Below, piece after piece: positions 12,934 through 25,763 of a stretch of 64,000 bases of DNA. The position numbers and the translations under genes are program-made. Position 1 is the first letter of the stretch, and each line of letters starts with the position of its first letter. Under the pieces are notes generated by a model. It did no database searches, was not told where the DNA came from, and saw only the letters and a list, made by a program, of their open reading frames with translations. Origin of the DNA: Haliotis cracherodii (Eukaryota); contig NW_027266264.1 of NCBI RefSeq assembly GCF_022045235.1, positions 35,898,001-35,962,000 of the forward strand, written 5' to 3'.

Positions 12934-13489
12934 TGCCTGTCACATTTGCTCTATGGCAGTGGCTGCAGAGGATCTGCGGTGGCCTCAGGGTCGCCCTAGG
13001 AGGTATGCCAATCTTTTACAGGCCGTTGGGGTCGCCGTGGGAATATAGTGCAGAGTTAGAACTTTTTAATTTCTGTGTTCGCTGTAGCAATTAGACAAAT
13101 CGACACGCCGTAGCCATGCTGTAGAGTGGTTCCACGGCGACCATACATCGGGCGTATGGTGGCCTTGCGTTTGCTGTGCAGTTGCCCTGTGTAGCGGAAG
13201 CGTCAGTCTGGCCGCACGGTCACTGTATTGTTCCTCTGCGGGCGGCTTGCATCTGCCTTGATATTTGCCAAAAACCTACGGCCGCAACAGGGAAGCTATA
13301 AGTGCATCATCACTTCAAAGGCCATACGGCAGCCACTTGATTTCTGTCTCCACAAATTCAAAATACGCTACCCTAACATTTGTGACTGCTGCAGTATGTG
13401 ACTGTGGGAATGCTGCAGCGGCCCTACAATTGCTATTGGCCATAGATATTTTTGACCCCACGGCCGTAGCGGCAGATGTGACAGAGGCA
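12934..13489. mobile_element. PIF/Harbinger-like non-autonomous element
   Basis: GC-rich block with TIRs tgcctgtcacatttgc / gcagatgtgacagaggca and TAA on both flanks. Confidence 0.6.
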
Positions 13490-14750
13490 TAATACTCTGA
13501 CATCTTACTCAAGTCAATGAGTTAAAGAACAAACTCAGTTTCAAGTTTCTCCCAAGATTTAAATGCAGTCACAATTATTTAATTTTGTATTGTTATTTAA
13601 AAAGAATAGCAGTTAGAGTTTTGTCATTGAATAATCACACACCATGTCAACTGTAATATATGAGAGTACATTTCACTCAAGTAGTGTTGAAGCAACAGCT
13701 GATCACACACAAAGTCGATATCTCCCTGATATAAACACTGGTTCCACTGTATTGTATTGCCCCTGGAGTAAGTGACACATAAAGCATGCTCATGTTATTC
13801 TGGGTATGTATCCATCAAGTGAATCAATACTGTACACAGCAACATTCCAAAGCAACTATTGCTCATTGAAATATTCACAAAGCAAAAATGAGGTGCATCA
13901 TTTTAACACAGATGCTTCAAACTTTCCTGACAAGAAAGAGCTAAGTACATTCATTAATTTTACACTCAGTGAAATGTAGGACATGCATACAATTTGTTGA
14001 CCTTCACCTTGATATACCATAAATGGACATACACTTTTTACTTGTGCAACTTGTGTCAACATGTGTCAGGCCTCTGTTACTTTTGTTTGTGACTCTGACA
14101 TCGTGCACCTTTCCCCCCGCACACACACACTTCCCCATTTTGTTCTGTCCTGAAAATGTCTGTCAGTATAAGTTTATGTTAATCATTATTATGGCAATCA
14201 ATAAACATAAACATCTTATGCAATGAAACAAATCAACATATGACTCATTAACTAAGCCATACACATGGACAAATGCAAAACAATCCTCTGTAATTTCTTC
14301 ATCTAATCCACACTATTGGGCTCCAACATCTACAGTAACATACACATTTGTTTGTCACAGCCACACCCACAGAAAATTTACTGGTGAGAATTCTAGTAAT
14401 CACTACAGCTGGAATGCTTCTTTGAATAAATTATAATGTCAAAAAAACATACAAGCAATACTCAAAACAAAATATGGAAATTGTAAAACATGTGCATTAA
14501 CATTTGCCCCAGTCAACCACCCTCTTTTGTTTATCAATTACCGGGGGTAGTATCATTAAACAATCTATGAAATACTTATCATAAAGAGATATTAAGAATA
14601 ATTCAACATCCACTGAAGTCTGCACAACAATCTCCCAAGCAATAAAGCCTTTAACCGAATTTCTGTTCAGATTAGCTTTATCCTTAAATGCAACTACCTA
14701 CTTTCCTACTGACTGCCTGGCCGGTACAATAGGCCTGTCATAGAATATCT

Positions 14751-15228
14751 CAATCTCATAAAAATCAGATCTTAGTTCTCGCTACCGCTAAACAAAGATC
14801 CGAGGGCACCCCATTACAACTTAGCACGAACTTTGACCGACCAATGGAATGACTGATAAGAAGTCAACATAAGAAGGCAGCTTTCTCCCACTTTACGTCA
14901 CCAATATCAAAATGGCGACTACACTTTGAAACATATTTTGACAAATTCTCGATTAAAGATTTGAAACCTAAACAAAAGAACATTCTGGAATGGCTAATAG
15001 ATGGTCCAGATTGTATGGATTCAGTCGTTAATCTCGAAACTATCGTTCGGAATACCCTGTGTTAAAGTTTCTAAGGATGCATGATTAGAAACACACTGTC
15101 ACTTCATGATCTGGTAAGCGACGCTCTGATTGGTTGGATGAAAGGTCGTTTTGACGTGACCCTAATGGGATGTCCTCAGATCTTTGTTTAGTGGTAGCGA
15201 GAACTTAGATCTGATTTTAATGGGATTG
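14751..15228. mobile_element. MITE with ~65-bp TIRs (Academ-like family A)
   Basis: caatctcataaaaatcagatcttagttctcgctaccgctaaacaaagatccgagg... inverted at 15160-15228. Possible decayed 9-bp TSD (agaatatct / ataatgttt, 6 of 9 match). Confidence 0.7.
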
Positions 15229-16429
15229 ATAATGTTTCTGATACTAAACTGGAGATCTTCAAACACAAGAGTCACTACTATGCTTTGGGCCTGAGCTCAT
15301 TTTGAGCGAGGGAATTTTTGTTAAATCACCAGTTTCACCTGTTCACAGCATGATCATTATAATTATGCCTATTCATTCACACATACATGTTATTATCCCA
15401 GTGTTCAAACCGTATCATATTTCCCAACATATATCTGCTCTTTCTACCTTCATAAATCAACGTTCCAATGTACATTCAACTATATGCAGATCTCAACACA
15501 AAACAATGTCACTACTATACAATATTTTGTGCAGTCAGAGCCATCATAAATAGTCTTAAAAATTGTGTCAACAATACTGTTTTGTGTTGGATTAAAAATC
15601 TATTATCTATACTGAAGAAACCTATGTTATAAAACGTAAAATTGAAGGAGCAGTGATGCCTGCATGAGTATCTGACATGTCAAACAGTGTACAGGTGTAA
15701 ACATGAAGTCACACAACAAAGAAAGTGTATCCAATACACCAAACAATGTAACATGTAATACGTAACTTAGACATCAGCTGGTTACATGCGTCATTTGGCA
15801 AACAGCAGGAATACTGAAGTTCGAGAAACTTGAATGTCGCCTTTCATTTTAATGCTATGGCCACACCTGTGCAGGGGTGATAACGGGCCCACCTGCTTTA
15901 CCAGTGACATGAACCTAACCACACACAACCGAGAGGTCAGCAGGAGAACATTAGGCGTTTCCTTGTTGCTCAGCAACAGGAAGAAGATTAGAATGTCAAG
16001 CACATTTGTTTATTAGGGCTGTAAAAGTATCATCTCATTACAATATTGTTCTTCCATACCAGTGTCCAAAGCCAGTTGTTGAATGATGTGCAGTTTGAGA
16101 TATACACACTGGAGAAAGGTTCAACCTCAGTATTCAGAATGTTTGCTTACAGTTGCGTCTATACATGCAGTTCCAGCCTGCATATACCTGGACAGTCTCA
16201 GCCATCTCCACTTGGGTACCAGGGATGCACCTTGGCTCTAGCCTGCTAGCCCGTGTCAGTTTGTCTGATGTGAAAGGCATCCTAAGGCAAGCAGAATTTC
16301 GCTCTTTAGGGGGGGGTCCCAAAATGTTAGTATCAGTACCTGTGATGATGTTTCGGGTTTAGTTGCATCCCTGGATGTATCCATGGTTTTCATGGGTTTC
16401 AATTTCGGCCACAGTCAAACAAACCTTGT

Positions 16430-17120
16430 TGAACCATGATTGACACCACATTGTCAAGCTTTAGTTTAAGACAAATGCTCAAACCAAGATTGACACTTTC
16501 GTCATGCCCTGGTATAAGACATACAGTCAAACCATGACTGACACCATATTGTCAAGCTATAGTTTAAGACATACAGTTAAACTATGATTGACACCATATT
16601 GTCAAGCTATAGTTTAAGACATTTAGTTAAACCATGATTGACACCATATTGTCAAGCTATAGTTCAAGACATTTAGTTAAACCATGATTGACACCATATT
16701 GTCAAGCTATAGTTTAAGACATATAGTTAAACCATGATTGACACCAAATTGTCAAGCTATAGTTTAAGACATATAGTTAAACCATGATTGGCACCATATT
16801 GTCATGCTATATTTTAAGACATATAGTTAAACCATGACTGACACCATATTGTCAAGCTATAGTTTAAGACATATAGTTAAACCATGATTGACACCATATT
16901 GTCAAGCTATAGTTTAAGACATTTAGTTAAACCATGATTGACACCATATTGTCATGCTTTAGTTTAAGACTTATAGTTAAACCATGATTGACACCATATT
17001 GTCAAGCTATAGTTTAAGACATATAGTTAAACCATGACTGACACCATATTGTCAAGCTATAGTTTAAAAGATATAGTTAAACCTAGAGTGACACCATATT
17101 GTCAAACCATGGTTTAAAAC
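16430..17120. repeat. 50-bp minisatellite, about 13-14 copies
   Basis: Unit aaaccatgattgacaccatattgtcaagctatagtttaagacatatagtt; terminal copies are more diverged. Confidence 0.92.
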
Positions 17121-17434
17121 ATATGTCACCCATGCGTTCAAAACATGGTTTAGATCAATTTGTTAAAACCATGATTCCTCCCGCCTGAATTAAACCAAAA
17201 GGTATATATAATAATATATACAAGGTTAATATTCCAGGTTTACACCTCATGTTTGTATAATGATTTACACAAATGGTTTACAGACACTGTTTAAACCACA
17301 CAGTGTTAACATGGCAGATACCACAGGGGTTTTTCATTTAGTTAATACAAGATGGTTTACATTTGGCTTACACACGCTGGAAGACAACACAATACTTCCA
17401 CTCTTCCTGTTCTCTGTTGGTTTCAGTGATAATA

Positions 17435-20400
17435 TCATATTGCTGAAATGCTATTTTTGATTGGTCGAACAAGCAGGAGCTCACTGCCTTGTGTGACGAT
17501 GGGTAGATTATTTTGGCGATGGTAGGTTATGAGATGTGTCACACTGTCAAATATGAAGTCTTTAGTTCTTACCTAGAAAACAAGAATATCACAATATTTA
17601 GCAATATATAGGGATGAGTAGATCTTATGTGAATACAAGAAACATTATTTTAACAGTCTCTATTTTTCTTTTGTGTTGATCAGGATGGTGATACTAAAAT
17701 GTCCATTATGTTAATGTTTATCATGTTGTGCAGGACCTTTGACCCCACACCTCGATAATACAGCATATCGTATCTCCTTTGAATTATGATAAATACCCTG
17801 GACCAATTCGCCACCAAAGCTTCCAGTTCAAATGACTTGACTAAAAGTATTCATCCAATCAAATTATACGATATCAATTTCAGGAACTCCATACAGGGAA
17901 AGTAATGATAGCACAGGTACTCGACTCATGTTATTATGAACCATCACAAGTACAACTGGGAACCCATGGTAGCATAAGGACTACCTGTTTTATTTTTCAA
18001 GAAATAAATATCTTTTCCTGCTAGTTTGTTTGATTTGTAACAAATCCTTATTTGAAATATAACAAAGCCACTATTTTGAATGAAGATCTGTGTAGACCTC
18101 TTATTTAGAAAGCCATTTTCATTGGTTGCAGATTCTGTAGGTTAGCGATAAGGGAGACAGAGATTGTGATGTCACTTCCGCAATGAGGCTTTAGTGGTGG
18201 AAGGGGGAAGGTATTATACTATATATATATTAAAATGGAACTGAGATATAATATTATCCTGGATAATCGAGGATACAGAGCCCACTGAAAGAATGTCCTG
18301 GTCTAAGTGCTCCCACCCTGGTCTAAGAGCCCCCACCCTGGTCTCAGTGCACCCACCCTGGTCTCAGTGCACCCACCCTGGTCTAAGTGCCCCCACCCTG
18401 GTCTAAGTGCCCCCACCCCCTACAACTGATGCACTCACCACTCCCTCAGGGTCAACAAGAAGCAGATGTTTGACTAGTCCATTCTGTCTGCCACTCAGCA
18501 CATACTGTCCAGGACTGTTACTGCTCTCTCGTACCAGGAAGTCCCCGTCATGCTCCAGTCGCTCTTCAGCCTGGAGGGACAAAAGTCACATTCTACTTTC
18601 TATCTAAAATACTCATCACTGGGAATATTTGGCTACAGTTCACTGGTCTGGAAGGGAGTGCTCTGTTTGCTATCCACATGATTAGATATAACGCATCCTA
18701 GAGTTGGAAAAGCAGTGTTTTGTGTTGAGGCGTGCTACACACTTGTTGAAATGAAAACTACAGTAAAAGCATATACACACTAATGTTGAAAACCTACACT
18801 TTAATAACTCACTACAAGGACAAATTTGCAGTGTTTCCAATTTTCACACTATGTCTATGTAGATATTCTTTCACACAGTTCAACAATGTTTGTTTGATTC
18901 ATAACTGTTGTATACATATACAAACTTAATTCAACAGTAAATATTATTGTTGATAGATCATAAGAAACATTTTACCAGTAAAATGAAATAAAAAAAGTTA
19001 GTGTCTTAACTCCACAAGACAAACACACTATTTGAAGAAACACAGATTGGGGGTGACAAAACAACAATTGAAATTGGCACTTACCTGCTTCCTGCCAATG
19101 TTGCCATGGAACCACTCTTCAAATATTGGTGGTGAGTTAACGGCGCCACCAGAGGGCTTCATGGCACCTGATGCTGGAACATTGTCTGTCACAGGAGACT
19201 TTGGCAGGTTGGAATCAAACTGACCTGGAAAGGAGAAAATCAACAGATGACGTCAGGATGTGTGTCTCAGCCTGAAAAGGTTTGGTATGGAATGCTTTCT
19301 AAGTCAAATTCTTAATTTCAAACCTTCATAATAAAACACCATTATCAATACTTGCATAAAATTATTCTTGATACAGTAAAGGTCCTAATTTAATACTTTG
19401 TTTTGTTTTTCTAGATGGCCCGATTATCACTACTGATCGAAAGCAAGCATTTACTGCAGTTTCCCAATCTCATCAAATCCATACCTTTTACTCTCATATG
19501 ATAACACTTTTTCCATACAGCCAATGAGTGCCAAGGCTTCTAAATCCTCAGCATATCTGATTTGTGTATCTCGCAAATGAATATGATCAAGGAGTTCCAA
19601 ATGCAAAAACAAAAGACACTCTATAATATTGTTGTGGATAATTCAAACACCCTGCCTTTCTGAGCGACATGGCATCTACACCACAAGGGTTATACTGTGG
19701 AGGGCATATTTGAGCTCTGAGGCGGTTTAAGCTCTCCTGAAATGACCTTCTATGGATGTTTTGTCAGAAACCTTATGCAGAGAAATCCTTTCTAGTAAAA
19801 TATCTTATCTTAATGATATTGCCAATTTCACAGCTTAGTCCCTGTGGGCACACAGGTGAAACAGCAGCACAATGTATTTAAAATCACATCTCAGTTCTCA
19901 CAACACCTGAATATTGAAAATGGAAGTACTGGCACACAATTTCGACTATCTATTGGACATGCTAGACATTTTCTTTTGTTCATATTTCAAATATTGAATC
20001 AATATGTTTCAAACGTAATGAAACATGAAATGGAAGCCGCCATTTTGAAACAAGTGCCAAAAAGCTTGAGAAAGCTGCTTTCTGATTGGCTGTCAACTTT
20101 GTTAGTCATTCCATTGGTCGGTCAAAGTTCGTAAAGGTAGTTCCGTAAAGAGACGTCTGCAGGTCTTTGTAGATCTTTAGCAAGCTCTAAGATGTCATTT
20201 TCATTGGAACTTGAGATTTTTTACTAAAACATGATTCAGTCAGTGAATACTGCCAAAACATGCCAGGAAGATGAGTGGTACACAGAGGTAATGTTGAGGC
20301 TGATGTTCTACCTACCCAGATTGAAAGGATCAGCTGCTTTTCCTCCTTCAATCATTTCTACCATGACATTGTCTTTGTTGTCATAGATGACGCCATTCTC

Positions 20401-23400
20401 CTTGTTGTCATACACTGTGTCATCAAACATGCGGTCCGAGGCTGATGCTGCTCCTGCACAACAACCAGTGACATAAATATTTAGTCTTTGTTTTTGTATC
20501 TAAAATAGTTTGACATCCTGATTTTTAAAAAGGGGGGTTCTACTAACCACAGGTGGAATTGCAAGTAAAAAGGGGTGGTAGAACCAAACACACACTCACA
20601 AACCCACCCTTCTAATGTACCCAACCCCTAAAAGCAAACACATAAAAGTAAGAAGGAATGTATGCATAGATCTAGCTACTTGTTCTAGTGTAACCATGGA
20701 ATTTTATTGTTATTGTCATTAAGCAATATATCACATGACTAACCACGAGTCCAGATAGTCCTGTGGGTACCCGGGTCCTACTCCAGACCCACCAGACCTG
20801 AGTAACCGGGCTGCACCCCTCATGGTTTATTCTCCCCGCAGTGTTTTATTGTATGGAAAGCAATGACCACTCATTGTTATTTTCAAACAGAGTCTCCTGT
20901 TATAATGTATAAGGAATATAGTCTCTCCTATCAGGGCATCATGGAATAACTGATGATGACAGCTGAGAAGTAACACAAGAAGCTGCTGCACCAACCTGTG
21001 TTGTCATACGTGGCGTCGCTCAGATCTATCAGCTGCCCCTCATGGGTCTCGGTATACAGACCATTCTCCTTGCGGTCTTTCAAAGACGCATACAGACCAA
21101 CCTGTACACAACAATTTATTCATTTCATTATAGTCAAACTACAAGTTGCTCAAACTGAGATTTAAACCTTTTTTTAAATCAATAATTGACTATACTTCTT
21201 GTTCTTACAGGATAATATCTGTTTAAATAGAAACGAATGTATCATAGATATCTTTCCAAATATATCCAAGCATGAAGTATTGTGCACTCACCGGTACATT
21301 GGTAGGAGACTTGTACTCTGGGACAGGGGGGACTTCGGGGATAGGGGGTGAGGGGGGACACGCCCCAGGGTGGTCATTGTAGTATTCCTCTTCATCACCC
21401 CATTTGCTGTTGTCAAAACTAGGATTCTCTTGCCTAAAAACATACAGCTCTGCTATCAAGCCAATTAACATTGCTATATCAAATCAGTTTCAGACATCTT
21501 ATTTCCCACTGTTTTCACATAAACTATAACTGGGATCTACTATTTTCCTGTTTATTATCAATGAAATGATCTCATTATTTCTGTCACCATATCTTCACCA
21601 CAGGCATTATGCCCATCGCACATCATCCTCATCAGTAACAGCGTCATCATCTTATCACAGGTCTCACCTGTCTGGCAGCCTGACAGCCTTAGGCTGCTTC
21701 TTGAGATACTGCTTGAAGCGGAGCTCGAAGGCTTGCCCGACTGTGGTGACCACGTCCTCCGCCAGTCCTCCCCCACACTCCAGCACATGACAAGCTCGGC
21801 CCTTCTGGGGATCCTTGGCAACGTAAGCCACAAAATCTAATGTTTCCTGTCAAAAAACAAACATGAACTCCATGATTGAACTCCATGGATCCCATTTAAC
21901 ATTTCATATAAGTTTAGATGAAAATCTAACAATGAATGTACTGGCCTTAGCAAATGCTTGCAACTTATAAGGTCAGCACAAATATTTAAATCTGAAACCG
22001 TGACTATTATTCTCATTTTAACAACCTTCATTACTAGACTCCCTGTGTCCCAAACATTCATCTTCATGCAAATCTTGAAGCAACTCTAATGTTTCACTGT
22101 CTGCAGTCACCTATCACCTTTAGGATTCAACACAATGATGCTCCTTTAAAGATTGTTCACATTACACATTTACATTTTTCTACTTACAGCATCCCCTCCT
22201 GAGGCAAACGACACAACCTGCATGGGGTGGTCAGCAATAATCTGTGGAGGGAAAAACAATGATGTATACAATATTTTTTAAATGAAACTCTCAATGAACT
22301 GAAAATTTTGCAAAATCATGTTTTATTGACAAAAAAATATTTGCAATGACCACCCACTCCCTGTTCTACAACATATACATACAACTTATGGTCATTCAAT
22401 ATTATAATAATGTCTAACAAATTCCCTTTCAGGCAAAGCATTAGTATTAGTAGTACTAGTAGTACTAGTAGTAGTAGTACTAGTAGTACTAGTAGTAGTA
22501 CTAGTAGTAGTAGTAGTAGTAGTAGTAGTCAGTTGTGGTCTGCAAACAAGAGACTTACCTCCCCTGATTCCATGACCATAAGATTAATGGATTCCACAGT
22601 GATGGTAAGATTGACATTAGATCCAGCATACTGCATGTACGGATTGTCGCCGATCATTTTCTGTATCTTCTTTTCTACCTAAAATACAACATGACCATTA
22701 ACTGTCATATATATATATGTGTCTTATACTGTCAAATAAACGTAACTCAAGCTTCACATTACAAATATCAATATTGGATAACATTTCTGAATTCAGTCAA
22801 TGAAAGATCTGATAAGAACTTTTATCTACTGTAATTTTCTTGAGGGAGACACAGGAAGACATATTCTTCTCAGGAAAGAATAAAAATAACCTTTCGTTTC
22901 TTCGACGCTGTTTTGAGTCCAGCTGCTTCTGTTACTTTGTTGATTGCTTCTCTGTAACAGAAGCCATATAATCTTGTCATAAACAATCATCCACCAGAAA
23001 TGATCATACAGAATCATTCAGTCATAGAAATGAATTTATACAGTTATGGACTTACCCAACATTTCCGAGGTCAGATTCTATTCAGGGAGTCACCATTATT
23101 TACATACAGGGTAGAATAAGTCTTCAGCAACCCATTCTTGCCATAGAAGGCGACTATGCTTGTCGTAAGAGGTGACTAACGGGATCGGGTGGTCAGGCTC
23201 GCTGACTTGGTTGAAGCATGTCATCGATCCAATTACATGGATTGATGCTCATGACATCAATCACTAGATTGTCTGGTCCAGGCTCAATTATTTTCAGACT
23301 GCCATCATATAGCTGGAATATTGCTGAGTGCAGAGTAAAACAACAAACAAACCAAACCAAACCAAAACATACGGGTAAACATATTTAAAGCATGTACATT

Positions 23401-24879
23401 TTAATAACATCCTTCTCCCTATAGTGTTTTATTGTACAATAAACAACTCCCAATTGTCGTTTATTTCTTAAATAAAGTTAAACAGTGAACCTACCTTGTG
23501 AGTGTCGTTCTTGTTTCAAAGTCTAAAGATTTCATGGATTCCTTCACTTCTATACAACCAATATACTGCAGATTGAGAAAAACATGTAATTAGATCATGA
23601 TAACAATGTTCATAAAATGAAAAAGATTCAGGTAACAAATGCATGGTACTTTTTGGTATATTTTCAAGAACCCTTTCTCAAGAAAATATGAGACTTTTTA
23701 CACTTTTCATATGTATTGTAATGGACACTGCCTCTAAACAAAGATCTGAGAACATCCCATTACGGGTCATGTTGAAACAACCTTTCATTGGATCAATCAG
23801 AGTGACGCTTACCAGATCAGGAAAGAGTCATCCAGAATGTGTTTTCTAGTCATGCAACCTGGAAATCGTGAAAACAGCGTATTCCGAACAACAGTTACGG
23901 GCTGTACGACTTATTCCTTCAAAATCAGTGTCTATCTCTCACTTTAGGTGAGGTGAGGTGAAATTGGATTTAACGTAGCGTCCATGATTATTGCACTTAT
24001 ATAGTGACATGCATGCACATGCCTGTGTGTGTGCGTGTTCGTGCGCGTGTCTGTGTCTGTGTGTGTGTCTGTGTGTGTGTGTGCTTGTACTAGTCACAGT
24101 TGAACATGAATACCCCACTCAGACACAGTATACTGACTCCGAGCTGACCAGTCCTTGTTTTAGCCCCTTAATGCCGAGGGCCACAACAAGTACCATCTTT
24201 AAACGACTTTTGGTATGACGCGGCTGGGGATTGAACCCTGGACCTTCCATCTACCACTAGACCATGGAGGCGGTACCAACAAGTACCATCTTTTAACGTC
24301 TTTTGGTATGACGCGGCTGGGGATCGAACCCCGGACCTGCCATCTACCACTAGACCATTGAGGCGGTCCTCTCACTTCAGTGGGATAAACATTTGAACAG
24401 AAAAGACTTTGCATAGCCTGTGGGAAGTGCTGCCATACAATCTAGGCTATCTATTAGACATTCAGTTGTCGTAATCAAGAAAATATTTTTCAAAGCGTAG
24501 TCAGGAATGAGAGTCGCAAGTTTGAAACTAGTGCCGTATAGATCAAGACAGTGGCTTTCTGATGACTTAGGGTTAGTCATTTCTTTCATGGGTCAAAGTC
24601 TGTGAAGATCATTCTGACATGACCTGTAATGGGATGACTTTGTTCAGCAGTAGTGATAAGTAAGATCTGATTGTAATGAGATTGACACAGGTGGTGCTAC
24701 AATTAAAATATACATCTGACACATACCCTGACACCATAGCAGATTCCTGCATCAGGCTCCAGCTGTTGGTCCGGGTGGATCCAGCCTATCTCGGGTTTGT
24801 TCAGGAAGCTTCCTGTCCTGGACCATTCTGACGCAGGAACCTTGTTCTTCTTCCGCAGCTTGTCAATCACACCAGCCAT
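17435..24879 (-). CDS. SHC1: SHC-transforming protein (PTB-CH1-SH2 adaptor)
   Basis: Exons (minus) 24879-24727, 23565-23495, 22951-22891, 22678-22559, 22241-22188, 21846-21668, 21433-21292, 21101-20996, 20453-20316, 19224-19085, 18570-18439, 17572-17435; all GT-AG and in phase. PTB ([46 protein letters not shown]), CH1 YYND, SH2 ([28 protein letters not shown]). The symbol denotes the Shc family, not a specific vertebrate paralogue. Confidence 0.95.
18297..18420. repeat. ~21-bp minisatellite, about 6 copies, directly after a Shc splice donor
   Basis: Unit cctggtctaagtgcccccacc. Confidence 0.85.
22440..22529. repeat. (AGT)n microsatellite
   Basis: Imperfect agt/act trinucleotide run. Confidence 0.9.
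23108..23367 (+). mobile_element. Short interspersed repeat with (AAAC/AAACC)n tail
   Basis: Colinear copies at 63250-63500 and, decayed, 42367-42540 (gtagaat..tcttcagcaaccca..gcttgtcgtaagagg.gactaacgg..ctggaatattgctgagtg). Confidence 0.7.
23730..24684. mobile_element. Family A MITE copy interrupted by a SINE
   Basis: Colinear with 36795-37400 on both sides of the 23945-24368 insertion; right terminus agatctgattgtaatgagattg. Confidence 0.7.
23945..24368 (-). mobile_element. tRNA-derived SINE (MetaSINE-like central domain), duplicated head, 9-bp TSD
   Basis: A box tggtctagtgg and B box ggttcgatcc present twice. Core gcattaagggg..aaggactggtcagctcggagtcagtatactgtgtctgagtgggg. Internal (CA)n. 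TSD ctctcactt at 23936-23944 and 24369-24377. Confidence 0.75.
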
Positions 24880-25029
24880 GCTGGAACAGAAGACAGACAT
24901 TATCACTTATCAACTACCATGTCTGGACCAGACAAGTTATAGCATGAGCAATGATTCACACCGTTGGGGTACAATGACACGTAATCTGCTAAGTCAAAGC
25001 AGATCCACTAAGGTGCATATAATGTAAAT

Positions 25030-25189
25030 ATGGTGTGCGTGCGTGCATGTGTTTCAGGGGGGGCGTATAATGTACGTATGGTGTGTGTGTGTGTGTGCGT
25101 GCGTGCATGTGTTTCATGGGGGGCGTATAATGTACGTATGGTGTATGTGTACGTGTGTGCATGGGGGAGGATATAATGTACGTATGGTG

Positions 25190-25246
<57 letters not shown>

Positions 25247-25486
25247 GTGCGCGCGCGCTGGCATATAATGTACGTATGGTGTGTGTGTGTGCGTGAGAGC
25301 GTGCGTGCGTGTGTGTGTGTGGTATAATGTACGCATGGTGTGTGTGTGTGCGTGCGTGTGTTTGTGTGTATGGTATGGTGTGTGGTGGGGTTGCGGTGGT
25401 TGAGTGGGTGTCTATGTGTTTGTGTATGATTGCGTGCGTGACTTTATAAGTAATTTGGTGAGTGAGTGAGTGAGTGAGTGAGTGAG

Positions 25487-25542
<56 letters not shown>

Positions 25543-25548
25543 TGAGTG
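25030..25548. repeat. Compound GT/GCGT/GAGT microsatellite with ~60-bp higher-order unit
   Basis: Repeated tataatgtacgtatgg followed by (gt)n(gcgt)n; source of the HTHARTHA ORFs. Confidence 0.9.
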
Positions 25549-25726
25549 TTCATAACCTAATCTTAACTTTAAACATTGTGTTAGTATATATGTCTTAATT
25601 TACCTTATCCAGATCATGATGTTATAATTTGCTATTATGTCTAAAAGTCTCGTTTGTTTGTGTATGTGTTTGTGTATGTGTTTCAGTATGAAGTGTATAT
25701 GACATGTGACACTATAATAAACATTA

Positions 25727-25727
<1 letters not shown>

Positions 25728-25757
<30 letters not shown>

Positions 25758-25763
25758 TCTCTC
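25728..25763. repeat. (CT)n microsatellite
   Basis: Direct reading. Confidence 0.9.

Noticed and set aside
24989-25553. His/Thr/Ala/Arg-rich ORFs
   Set aside because: Microsatellite translation artefacts.
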